Source: Thermotogota bacterium (GTDB taxonomy: Bacteria; Thermotogota; Thermotogae; Petrotogales; Petrotogaceae). From it: a stretch of 53,416 bases of DNA. A model generated the notes under the pieces. That model made no database searches, was not told where the DNA came from, and saw only the letters and a list, made by a program, of their open reading frames with translations. The stretch covers positions 1 to 53,416 of the forward strand of contig JBNJGY010000008.1 in the NCBI GenBank assembly GCA_051748045.1, in the 5' to 3' direction. Shown piece by piece: positions 20,539 through 29,486 of the stretch; within the stretch, counting starts at the first letter, position 1, and every line of letters starts with the position of its first letter. Position numbers and translations under genes: made by a program.

Positions 20539-21480
20539 ATGTGGTTACATGTTAACGATGCAATGGCTGCAGACGCAATGGAAAAATTTAAAAATGATTT
20601 ACCAAATGCAAAAATAACAGTAGAACATTTTGACCATGATGAATTAAAAGAAAAAGTAAAAGATTTTGATATTTTAGTTGTAAGATCAGCAACAAAAGCA
20701 ACAAGAGAAATTATTGAAGCTGGTTCTAAACTAAAAATAATTGGAAGAGCTGGAATGGGTTTAGATAACATAGATCTAGAAGCTGCAAAAGAAAAAGGAA
20801 TAGAAGTACTTAATACTCCAGGCCAAAATTCATTATCTGTTGCCGAGCTAGTTGTTGGCATGATCCTTTCTTTAAACAGACATATAGTAAGAGGTACAAA
20901 AGGTATTTCTGAAGGAAAATGGGAAAAGAAACAACTAAAAGGTATTGAATTAACAGATAAAACTTTAGGTATTGTTGGATTTGGTAATATTGGAAAACAT
21001 TTAGCAAATCTTGTAAGTGGGTTCAATGTAAAAGTTAAGGTTTTTGATGTTTATGAAATAGATCAAAATACTAAAAAAGAATATAATATTGAGCAAGTAT
21101 CTTTTGAAGAAATATTAAAAGAATCTGATATAGTTTCTTTACATATTCCTCATAATGATAAAACACATCATATTATATCTGATACAGAATTTGAAAAAAT
21201 GAAAGATAATGCTTTATTAATCAATTGTGCTAGAGGCGGAGTTGTAGATGAAAACGCTCTTCTTAAAGCATTAAAGGAAAACATGATTGCTGGAGCAGGT
21301 TTAGACGTTTATGAAGAAGAACCTGCTAAAGCAGATTTTTATAAAGAGTTATTTAGTTTAGATAATGTAGTTGGTACCCCTCATGTTGGAGCTTCCACAA
21401 AAGAAGCACAACAAAGAGTTGGAATTAATATGGTAGAAAGAATTGTAAATGCAACAAAAAAAATCAATTTTGAAAAATAA
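20539..21480 (+). CDS. D-2-hydroxyacid dehydrogenase (SerA-like / hydroxypyruvate reductase), no ACT domain
   Basis: VVRSATK, GRAGMGLDNID, GFGNIG, INCARGGVVDE, TPHVGAST (ORF track start 20521). Confidence 0.88.
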   Translation: MWLHVNDAMAADAMEKFKNDLPNAKITVEHFDHDELKEKVKDFDILVVRSATKATREIIEAGSKLKIIGRAGMGLDNIDLEAAKEKGIEVLNTPGQNSLSVAELVVGMILSLNRHIVRGTKGISEGKWEKKQLKGIELTDKTLGIVGFGNIGKHLANLVSGFNVKVKVFDVYEIDQNTKKEYNIEQVSFEEILKESDIVSLHIPHNDKTHHIISDTEFEKMKDNALLINCARGGVVDENALLKALKENMIAGAGLDVYEEEPAKADFYKELFSLDNVVGTPHVGASTKEAQQRVGINMVERIVNATKKINFEK

Positions 21481-21498
21481 AATTTTATGTTATAATAA

Positions 21499-21720
<222 letters not shown>

Positions 21721-21730
21721 TTTTCTAAAT

Positions 21731-21767
21731 AAAAAAGAGCTGGGATTATTATATCCCAGCTTTTTTT
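21731..21767 (+). terminator. Terminator after ferredoxin
   Basis: agctgggat...atcccagct followed by a T-run. Confidence 0.85.
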
Positions 21768-21857
21768 ATTATTAATTTTATAGTATAATTACAATGTTAT
21801 TTTAAATTTAAATGAAATTTTAAACTTAAGTTATAAATGTCGTCGGAGGGGTGTTTT

Positions 21858-22679
21858 ATGGATAATGCAAAAGTTTTTGTTGTCACCTCTGGAAAAGGAG
21901 GGGTTGGGAAAACAACTATATCTGCAAACTTAGGAGCTACTTTAGCTGTAAAAGGATATAATGTTTGTTTGATAGACGCTGATATAGGTCTTAAAAATCT
22001 CGATCTAGTGTTAGGTTTGGAAAATAGAATAGTTTATACTATTTTAGATGTAATAAATGGGAATAAGGGAGTAATGGAAGTATTAGTAAAACATAAATTT
22101 TTAAAAAATCTTAATTTATTAGCTTCTTCTCAAATAGCTAATAAAGACATGATTTCACCTGAAGACATGCAGAATATCATCTCTGTATTGTCAAAACATT
22201 TCCATTATATTATTATTGATTCTCCAGCAGGTATTGAAAGAGGATTTAAAAACGCTGTTGCCGCCGCTCAACACGCAATTATTATAACAACCCCAGATTT
22301 AACTGCTATTAGCGATGCTGATAGAGTAATAGGATTATTAGAGAATAATGGTTATACTGATAAAAACATGTCTTTAATTGTAAATAGATTAAAACCAAAA
22401 ATGGTTAAAAAGAAAGAGATGGTCTCAGCTGAAGATATTCAAACAGCTTTAGCCATAGACATATTAGGAGTTATCCCTGATTCCGAAGAAATTATTCTTT
22501 CTACAAATGAAGGTAAACCTTTATCTCTTGGAGATAAAAAAAATATGTCAAGAGTTTTTGACAATATTTCTGAAAGAGTTTCTGGAAATATGATTGAGCT
22601 CGAAGAAGATTTAAAAGTCGATTTAGATGACGAACAAGGCTTTTTAAAATTCTTTAAGAATCTTTGGAAAAGGAGTTGA
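21858..22679 (+). CDS. minD: Septum site-determining ATPase MinD
   Basis: TSGKGGVGKTT, DADIGLKNLD, DSPAGIE, DADRVIGLL, C-terminal amphipathic helix FLKFFKNLW. Confidence 0.95.
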   Translation: MDNAKVFVVTSGKGGVGKTTISANLGATLAVKGYNVCLIDADIGLKNLDLVLGLENRIVYTILDVINGNKGVMEVLVKHKFLKNLNLLASSQIANKDMISPEDMQNIISVLSKHFHYIIIDSPAGIERGFKNAVAAAQHAIIITTPDLTAISDADRVIGLLENNGYTDKNMSLIVNRLKPKMVKKKEMVSAEDIQTALAIDILGVIPDSEEIILSTNEGKPLSLGDKKNMSRVFDNISERVSGNMIELEEDLKVDLDDEQGFLKFFKNLWKRS

Positions 22680-22685
22680 TGATTA

Positions 22686-22952
22686 ATGTGGCCTTTCTCA
22701 AAGAAAAAATCAAGTAGAGATATTGCTGTTAAAAGAATGCAGTCTTTTGTAAGAAGTGGTTCAACTCCTCCAAAAAGAACTTCTACATCTTTAAAATTTG
22801 AAGATGTGCAAGATAATGAGATTAATTCTATTGTTGGATATATAAAAGATTATGCTTACAGAAACCTATCTGTAGATAAAAACAATGTGAAGGTTCATAT
22901 TTCTAAAGAAGGTAACTCGGTTACAATAGTCGCAAGTATTGTATATAAGTGA
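22686..22952 (+). CDS. minE: Divergent MinE-like topological specificity factor
   Basis: Directly after minD, 88 aa; SSRDIAVKRMQSFV matches the MinE contact helix; C-terminal beta strands. Confidence 0.6.
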   Translation: MWPFSKKKSSRDIAVKRMQSFVRSGSTPPKRTSTSLKFEDVQDNEINSIVGYIKDYAYRNLSVDKNNVKVHISKEGNSVTIVASIVYK

Positions 22953-22962
22953 GGTTTCTAAT

Positions 22963-23361
22963 ATGAATATTAAAAAATCTATTAAAACTAGTTCAAGAAA
23001 TGAATTTTTAGATATTACACAAGAAATTCAATCTACTATTAGAAAACATCATATAGAATCAGGTATAGCTATTGTATTTATCCCACATACTACTGCAGCT
23101 GTAACTATTAATGAAAATGCTGATCCTGATGTAAAAAAAGATATTTTGAAGTTCATTAATGAAAAAATACCAAATAATTACGGGTTTAATCATATGGAGG
23201 GTAACTCAGATTCTCATATTAAATCATCTTTATTTGGCCCTAGTTTGAATTTAATAATTGAAGGTGGTCAATTAGTCTTAGGAACTTGGCAAAGTGTTTA
23301 TTTTTGCGAATTTGACGGCCCTAGAAATAGAAATTATTATATAAAAATCATTCATGATTAA
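22963..23361 (+). CDS. yjbQ: YjbQ / UPF0047 family protein
   Basis: PHTTAAVTINENADPDV, HMEGNSDSHIK, LGTWQ..YFCEFDGPR. Confidence 0.92.
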   Translation: MNIKKSIKTSSRNEFLDITQEIQSTIRKHHIESGIAIVFIPHTTAAVTINENADPDVKKDILKFINEKIPNNYGFNHMEGNSDSHIKSSLFGPSLNLIIEGGQLVLGTWQSVYFCEFDGPRNRNYYIKIIHD

Positions 23362-23410
23362 AGAATATATAAATTTAACATTTTTTAAAAGATTTTGAAA
23401 AATATAATAA

Positions 23411-23439
23411 TTGACAAAACTCGGTATCTGTGATATTAT
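23411..23439 (+). promoter_or_regulatory. Sigma70 promoter of the tRNA cluster
   Basis: TTGACA-17nt-TATTAT with TG extension. Confidence 0.85.
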
Positions 23440-23461
23440 ATATCTCGGACGTCGGAAAATA

Positions 23462-23537
23462 CGGAGCGTAGCGCAGTCGGTAGCGCGCCGGTCTTGGGAA
23501 CCGGAGGTCGCTGGTTCGATCCCAGTCGCTCCGACCA
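23462..23537 (+). tRNA. tRNA-Pro (anticodon TGG)
   Basis: CGGAGCG/CGCTCCG; ccggt-ctTGGga-accgg; CCA. Confidence 0.95.
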
Positions 23538-23551
23538 GACAAGAATAAAAT

Positions 23552-23627
23552 GCGGTTGTAGCTCAATTGGTAGAGTATCGGCCTTCCAAGCCGAGGGTTG
23601 CGAGTTCGACTCTCGTCGGCCGCTCCA
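23552..23627 (+). tRNA. tRNA-Gly (anticodon TCC)
   Basis: GCGGTTG/CGGCCGC; tcggc-ctTCCaa-gccga; U73-CCA. Confidence 0.95.
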
Positions 23628-23704
23628 GCGCCCATAGCTCAACAGGATAGAGTACTGGATTTCTAATCCAGGGGTTGGGAGTTCGAGCCTCTCTGGGCGC
23701 GCCA
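23628..23704 (+). tRNA. tRNA-Arg (anticodon TCT)
   Basis: GCGCCCA/TGGGCGC; ctgga-ttTCTaa-tccag; CCA; directly abuts tRNA-Gly. Confidence 0.95.
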
Positions 23705-23746
23705 CTTCTTTTTTAAAGAATAGTGGCGTTTTATTTCTCTATATGT

Positions 23747-23823
23747 GGTGGCTATAGTTCAGTTGGCAGAACGCCGGACTGTGACTCCGGACGTCGTGGG
23801 TTCAAGTCCCACTAGCCACCCCA
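23747..23823 (+). tRNA. tRNA-His (anticodon GTG), including G-1
   Basis: G-GTGGCTA/TAGCCAC-C-CCA; ccgga-ctGTGac-tccgg. Confidence 0.95.
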
Positions 23824-23858
23824 AAAAAGAAGGATTCTTTTAGAATCCTTCTTTTTTT
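23823..23858. terminator. Bidirectional terminator
   Basis: aaaaaagaaggattct-ttt-agaatccttctttttt. Confidence 0.85.
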
Positions 23859-23859
23859 A

Positions 23860-24852
23860 TTATAAATATATTTTTTTTAATTTTTCGAATGTGATGTTTT
23901 CGTTTCTCAATTTTATATGGTTTATATCTTCAAAAAAAATGTTCTTCTTTTCTAAAATTGTTTTATTCTTCTTCTTGAACCCTAGAAACTGTGGTTTTAA
24001 TTTAATCGGGACTTTTAATTCTTCATCCAAGTTATTTATTAATTTATGCATTATTTCTGTTTTGACTAAATCTCCAAAACTCTGATGATATGGACCAGCA
24101 ACTACGTTGTTTATTTGATCTCCGTATAAACATAATCCATATCTAATGACTTTTTTACCACTTTTTTCTATTATTATTGTAAATTCGGCTACTTTTTCTA
24201 TAGCTTCTTTTAATGATTCTGGTTTATATTCTCCCTCTTTATATTGTTTTTCTAATAATGTATTTTTTAATATTACTGAAGGATGAATTCTCATAGTTCT
24301 GGCGTTAGTTTTTACAGACTGTTCCACTGAGTATTTTTCTGTTTCATAGTTAGAACCTGGCAATCCTGTCATTAAATGTAACCCAAAAGGTATTTCTTCT
24401 TTTTCTAGCAGTTTAATTGATTCAATTACATTTTTTAGATTATGAGGTCTGTTGGATAATTCTAATACTCTTTCGTTAAAAGATTGAACTCCTAATTCTA
24501 AAAGATCTATATCATAGTTTTTAAGAATATCTATAATTTTTTCATTAATTTCTTCAGGTGATGTTGAGAATCTGATGCCTCTTGCTAAACCATCTTGAAT
24601 CTTTTTTTGCGCATAATCTAAATAGTATTTCATCTTATTTAAACCAAGACCAGTAAAAGTAGAGCCATAAAAAGCTATGTATATATTCTTTTTATGGGAA
24701 AAATAATCTATGTATTTTTTAAATATTTCATCTAGTTCATTTTTTTGAGGGAATGTCCCGAATCCTGTAGCTGAGTATTCATTACAAAATACACATCTTT
24801 TTTTACAGCCTCCATGAGGCAAAAACATTGGTATTATATATTCTTTACTCAT
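23860..24852 (-). CDS. Radical SAM protein (Elp3/HemN-like fold)
   Basis: IIPMFLPHGGCKKRCVFC (CxxxCxxC), AFYGSTFTG, ELGVQS, LMTGLPG (ORF track start 24864). Confidence 0.88.
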   Translation of the reverse strand: MSKEYIIPMFLPHGGCKKRCVFCNEYSATGFGTFPQKNELDEIFKKYIDYFSHKKNIYIAFYGSTFTGLGLNKMKYYLDYAQKKIQDGLARGIRFSTSPEEINEKIIDILKNYDIDLLELGVQSFNERVLELSNRPHNLKNVIESIKLLEKEEIPFGLHLMTGLPGSNYETEKYSVEQSVKTNARTMRIHPSVILKNTLLEKQYKEGEYKPESLKEAIEKVAEFTIIIEKSGKKVIRYGLCLYGDQINNVVAGPYHQSFGDLVKTEIMHKLINNLDEELKVPIKLKPQFLGFKKKNKTILEKKNIFFEDINHIKLRNENITFEKLKKIYL

Positions 24853-26059
24853 CTTCAACCTCATTTTTTAACATCGCTTTTTCTTCTTGATCTCTGTAAA
24901 CATATACTTCAGTTCCCAATGAAGCGATAAAGTCTAACTCTTCTACATTGAAATTAAACATTCTAATACATCCATGAGATATCATTTTTCCTATTTCCCA
25001 TGGCTTCGTTGTGCCATGTATTCCGTATTTTGGTTCAGATAACTGTATCCATCTTGAACCTATTCCATTAATTATCGACCCTGAATATATAATTTCATCT
25101 CCCCAATAAAGAGGAGGTTCTTTTTCTTTATAATAAATTCTGTAATAACCAGGAGGTGTTGAGTCACTTCTCCCTACTGCTACAAGATATTTTTTTATTA
25201 ATAAATCATCATAATATAGATATAAAAAATTATTTGATAGATCTATCTCTAATCTTAAAACACTTTGTCCATATTTTATAGTCCCTATTTTTAAAACTTG
25301 ACCTATATATATCCTTGAAGGTTCTTTCAAATCATTTAGGTTTAATATATCTCCAGGTGTAACTCCATATTTTTCAGCAATTTTATATATGCTATCACCT
25401 TTTTTTACAACATAGTATTTTATTTCTTCAATTCTTTCTTGGGGTTTTATAGAGTTATCAGATAAAACAAAGTCTCCGATTTTTAAAAACTTCATATCTC
25501 GGGAAAAAACAGAACCAGAATCAGATTTGTATTGAAAATCAAGTAAATAAGTTCCATCATCTAATTTTTTCATATATTTTTTTAAATCAGAAATATTGTC
25601 AAAGTATTTACCATTTACTTTAATTTGTTTTAAATCTACATTTTTAGAAGTCTCTATGTCAACCATAAAATCTAGCTCATTTTCCCCTTTTAAAGGTATT
25701 ATGCTCATTTTAGTTTCTGTTTTATAATTATTAACATTTATAATCTTCGGAAAAAATTTTGAGAATTTTTTATTATCATATTCTACTTTGACTAATAGGT
25801 TTAGTTCTCCAACATATTTATCATAAGGGATTTTAAAAGAATAATTCCCTTGAAAGTTTTTTTCTATTTCAATTTGTTTTCTTAAAGCATTGTTCATTAA
25901 AAATACTTTTATACTCTCTATTTTATCTTCTGATATCATTAGATTGTATTCTTTTATTTTCTTTTCTGGATAATATATACTTTCCTTTATTTGAATATCT
26001 ATAGAAAATAAAGTAGTTAAAAGCAATAAACTTAAAATGAAAACAAACATGTTTTTCAT
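24845..26059 (-). CDS. Secreted LysM + L,D-transpeptidase (YkuD) protein
   Basis: Signal peptide; LysM YVVKKGDSIYKIA...IYIGQVLKI; catalytic YGIHGT...SHGCIRM. Confidence 0.92.
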   Translation of the reverse strand: MKNMFVFILSLLLLTTLFSIDIQIKESIYYPEKKIKEYNLMISEDKIESIKVFLMNNALRKQIEIEKNFQGNYSFKIPYDKYVGELNLLVKVEYDNKKFSKFFPKIINVNNYKTETKMSIIPLKGENELDFMVDIETSKNVDLKQIKVNGKYFDNISDLKKYMKKLDDGTYLLDFQYKSDSGSVFSRDMKFLKIGDFVLSDNSIKPQERIEEIKYYVVKKGDSIYKIAEKYGVTPGDILNLNDLKEPSRIYIGQVLKIGTIKYGQSVLRLEIDLSNNFLYLYYDDLLIKKYLVAVGRSDSTPPGYYRIYYKEKEPPLYWGDEIIYSGSIINGIGSRWIQLSEPKYGIHGTTKPWEIGKMISHGCIRMFNFNVEELDFIASLGTEVYVYRDQEEKAMLKNEVEDE

Positions 26060-26064
26060 ATTTT

Positions 26065-27441
26065 TTATGCTCCTCTTAAAGCTCTTTTTAATCTTTTAAT
26101 TGTATTATCTTTGCCTAGAACATTTATTGTTTCATATAATCCAGGAGTCACTAGTCTACCTAATAAAGCTCCTCGTATAGATTGATAAGTGTTTTTTTTG
26201 CTTGTTATTTTTTCTTCAACTAGGTCTTTCATAATTTTTTCAGATTTTTCAATAGAAATATCTTGACTGTTATTTTCAAATATTATTATAGCTTTTTCCA
26301 ATAGTTCATCATACCATTCTTTTTCCATATATTTTTTTATGTATTTTTCTTCATATTCAAAATCATTAATAAAATAGTTCTTCGAAAAATCCCATAAACC
26401 TTTTAAATCTTGAACTTTCTCTTTTGATATCGAAATAACATTTTTTATATAATTGTCTTCTTTAGTTATTTTAATATCTTTAAAATCAAGCCAATTTATA
26501 AAATTCTCTTTGAGAACACCATCATCCATTTTTCTTATAATTTTTTCATTTACCCATTTTAATTTTTCATAATCAAATATAGACGCTCTTTTTGATAATT
26601 TTTCTATTTCAAAATCTTTGATTTTATTTCTAAAGTTGAATATTTGTTCTTCATTGTTCCACCCTAACAAACTTAAATAATTGAGCAAAGCTTCTGGTAG
26701 AATCCCTTCTTCTCTAAAATAAGTAACAGATACTCCTCCATGTCTTTTTGATAAAGGTGTTTTGTCATATCCTAAAATTAAAGGTAAATGTCCAAACCTA
26801 GGTTTCTCGAAATTTAATGCCTCATAGATCATTATTTGTTTAGGAGTATTAGAGATATGATCTTCTCCCCTTATAACATCCGTAATTTTCATTAGATAAT
26901 CATCTATTACTACAGTAAAATTGTATACTGGAATTCCATTAGATCTCAATATAACAAAATCATCAAATTCAGAACTGTTAAAAGCGATTTCTCCCTTCAA
27001 CATATCATTCCATTTTACCTCTATATTATTTTCTACTTTGAATTTTATTGTATATGAATTATTTTTATATTCTTTTGGTATTTCTTCAAAATATTTCTCT
27101 ATTTCTTCGCCTTTATCATCATATATTATATAATATGCTTTTTTATTTTTAATCAATTTATTGATATATTTTAAATATAAATCAAATCTTTCACTTTGTT
27201 TGTAAGGCTTATAATTCCCTTCTTTTATAGGGCTTTCATCAAAATCTAACCCTAACCATTTAAAATCATCATAAATGATATCTTCATATTCTGTTTTTGA
27301 TCTTTGAATATCTGTATCTTCAATTCTTAATATAATTTTACCTTCTTTTGATTTTGAATAATACCAATTAAAAAGGGCTGTTCTTACTCCTCCAACATGT
27401 AAAAAACCCGTTGGTGAAGGGGCGAATCTAGTTCTAATCAT
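26065..27441 (-). CDS. gltX: Glutamyl-tRNA synthetase
   Basis: RTRFAPSPTGFLHVGG, LRIEDTD, IRGEDH, LSKRHG. Confidence 0.96.
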   Translation of the reverse strand: MIRTRFAPSPTGFLHVGGVRTALFNWYYSKSKEGKIILRIEDTDIQRSKTEYEDIIYDDFKWLGLDFDESPIKEGNYKPYKQSERFDLYLKYINKLIKNKKAYYIIYDDKGEEIEKYFEEIPKEYKNNSYTIKFKVENNIEVKWNDMLKGEIAFNSSEFDDFVILRSNGIPVYNFTVVIDDYLMKITDVIRGEDHISNTPKQIMIYEALNFEKPRFGHLPLILGYDKTPLSKRHGGVSVTYFREEGILPEALLNYLSLLGWNNEEQIFNFRNKIKDFEIEKLSKRASIFDYEKLKWVNEKIIRKMDDGVLKENFINWLDFKDIKITKEDNYIKNVISISKEKVQDLKGLWDFSKNYFINDFEYEEKYIKKYMEKEWYDELLEKAIIIFENNSQDISIEKSEKIMKDLVEEKITSKKNTYQSIRGALLGRLVTPGLYETINVLGKDNTIKRLKRALRGA

Positions 27442-27959
27442 TTTTTCCCCTCCATATTTTTAAGCATTTTCATAATCTCTTCTACATCTTTGGCTATATA
27501 TGCTTCAACTAATCTTCTGTTATCTATAAACTTTCCATCTATAAGATTCTCTATAATTCTATCAGTCCATCCACCTGATCCTTTTAAAAGGATTAAAGGC
27601 TTCGAATAAGAATATGCACCTAATATCTCTATTCCGGTACCGACCTCGCCTCCAATACTGATCACAACATCCACACTTTTCAATAAGACAAAGGATCTCA
27701 TTGAAAAATCTAGACCTGTTTTTATCTCAAAATCAACCTCATCATTTCCATGATCATCCCATGGAAGTATGCCAGTTACTAGCCCATTATTTTTTTTTGC
27801 TCCTTTAGAAACTAATTCCATAATTCCATCCCTACCACCATTAAAAATATGATGGCCTTCTTTTGCTAATAATTCTCCTAGTTTTAATGTGTCTTCACTT
27901 ATTCTTTTTATTTTTGGTATATTTATATCTCCAGAATACCCTATAACTCCAATTTTCAT
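27438..27959 (-). CDS. LOG-superfamily Rossmann protein (TIGR00725-like)
   Basis: GGRDGIME, GILP, IGGEVGTGIE, SGGW. Confidence 0.85.
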   Translation of the reverse strand: MKIGVIGYSGDINIPKIKRISEDTLKLGELLAKEGHHIFNGGRDGIMELVSKGAKKNNGLVTGILPWDDHGNDEVDFEIKTGLDFSMRSFVLLKSVDVVISIGGEVGTGIEILGAYSYSKPLILLKGSGGWTDRIIENLIDGKFIDNRRLVEAYIAKDVEEIMKMLKNMEGKK

Positions 27960-27963
27960 TTAA

Positions 27964-28677
27964 TCACCACCCTAAATAATTTTCCTTTACAACATCCATT
28001 TCTAAGACTTCTTCTGCTTTTCCTTTAGCGATAACATCACCTTTATGCATAATATATAAATCATCTACCACTTGTGCTATTTCATCAACATTATGATCAG
28101 TTACTATAACAGAAATTCCTTCATGTGATAATTTTTTTATGATTTTTTGAATATCTTTGACTGTTATTGGGTCTATTCCAACAAATGGTTCATCTAAAAG
28201 AATTACCTTAGGGTTAATCATCAATGTTCTTGCGAATTCAAGTCTTCTTTTTTCTCCACCTGATAAAGAGTCAGCAAATTGATTCATTAAATTTTCAATA
28301 CCAAACTCTTTTGATATAAAATCAATTTTTTCTTCTTTATTTTCTATTTTTAAAAGGTCAGCTATCATATGGAGATTATCAGATACTTTAGCATTACGAA
28401 AAACAGAAGGCTCTTGAGGAAGATATGCCATCCCCTTTAGAGCCCTCTTATAAATTGGTAGATGAGTTATATTATTTTTTTCAAGGTAAACTTCACCTTT
28501 ATTTGGTACAACTAAACCTAAAATTATTTTAAATAAAGTGGTTTTTCCAGCTCCGTTTGGACCAAGAATTCCAGTTATTTTACCTTTTTTAGCAAAAAAA
28601 TCTACATTTTTTACTACTTCTTTTCTTCCATATTTTTTAAAGATTTTTTTACCATAAATTATATAACTATTATCCAT
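27964..28677 (-). CDS. lptB: LptB-type ABC ATPase
   Basis: GPNGAGKTT, YLPQEPSVF, LSGGEKRRLE, LDEPFVGIDP, TDHNV, C-terminal YLG. Confidence 0.9.
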   Translation of the reverse strand: MDNSYIIYGKKIFKKYGRKEVVKNVDFFAKKGKITGILGPNGAGKTTLFKIILGLVVPNKGEVYLEKNNITHLPIYKRALKGMAYLPQEPSVFRNAKVSDNLHMIADLLKIENKEEKIDFISKEFGIENLMNQFADSLSGGEKRRLEFARTLMINPKVILLDEPFVGIDPITVKDIQKIIKKLSHEGISVIVTDHNVDEIAQVVDDLYIMHKGDVIAKGKAEEVLEMDVVKENYLGW

Positions 28678-28681
28678 ATTA

Positions 28682-29194
28682 TTATTCTTCTGTTTCTTCT
28701 GTTTCTTTTGGTTGATAATTGCTTATAAATTCTTTTGCTTTTTCTGTTATATCAACAGGATCACTTACAAAAATAACTGATTGTTCAAATAATAAAATAT
28801 CAAAATCATTTTCATTAGCAAATTCTTCTAAAATTCCTCTTACTTCTGCTATTATTTTGTCTGAACGTTCTGTATAGTCTTCTTGTAATGATTGTTGATA
28901 CTGTTGTGATCTGTACTGTAACTCTTGATATTTTTCTTGTAATTCTTCTTCCCCAGCTCCACTTTCTTGTAATTCTTGAAAACTAGTTTGAAGTTCAGCG
29001 ATTTTATTTTGATAATATTCAACGTCTTCTTGATAATTTGATTGCATATCTGACCATTTTGAATATTCTTGTGTAACGTCTCTTAAATTAACGTACCCAA
29101 TCTTCAAACCATCTGCTGTATTCGCTGCTGAAAAACTTACTAAACTAAGAGAAAAAACTACCACCATCAATAATAAAACTTTAACTTTTTTCAT
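28682..29194 (-). CDS. skp: OmpH/Skp periplasmic chaperone
   Basis: Signal peptide, KIGYVN, Gln/Glu coiled coil, FDILL...DIT. Confidence 0.85.
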   Translation of the reverse strand: MKKVKVLLLMVVVFSLSLVSFSAANTADGLKIGYVNLRDVTQEYSKWSDMQSNYQEDVEYYQNKIAELQTSFQELQESGAGEEELQEKYQELQYRSQQYQQSLQEDYTERSDKIIAEVRGILEEFANENDFDILLFEQSVIFVSDPVDITEKAKEFISNYQPKETEETEE

Positions 29195-29373
29195 TACTAC
29201 ACCTCCATGTATTTTCTAATATTATTATACGTGAAATGACTATCTTTTTCAATAATAATAATAATTTCTTAATAGTTACTTAGAAAATAACATAATAAAA
29301 ATGACATATATTGTTTTTATAATATTAAATTTCAAGAAAGATGAATTTTACTATCAATTGATATAATTATTTA

Positions 29374-29456
29374 GAAAACGTAAGTAACCCCCTATTCTAT
29401 ATAAATGAATAGATCCCCCACCCTTTTTAAAAGGAGCTGCAAAGCTCCTTTTTTTT
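29374..29456 (+). ncRNA. Candidate C-rich small RNA (~83 nt)
   Basis: Extended -10 TGaTATAAT at 29359-29367; C-runs at 29388-29392 and 29415-29423 flank the hairpin ctattc/gaatag; strong terminator; no ORF with an SD. Confidence 0.5.
29429..29456 (+). terminator. Intrinsic terminator with a GCAA tetraloop
   Basis: aaaaggagct-gcaa-agctcctttt followed by a T-run. Confidence 0.85.
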
Positions 29457-29486
29457 ATGGTAAAATAATTTTGGGGGTGAGAATTT

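Noticed and set aside
23375-23705. Two - strand ORFs (86 and 89 aa)
   Set aside because: Antisense translations of the tRNA cluster
29251-29265. (AAT)5 microsatellite upstream of skp
   Set aside because: Short and expected by chance in very AT-rich DNA; no evidence of phase variation
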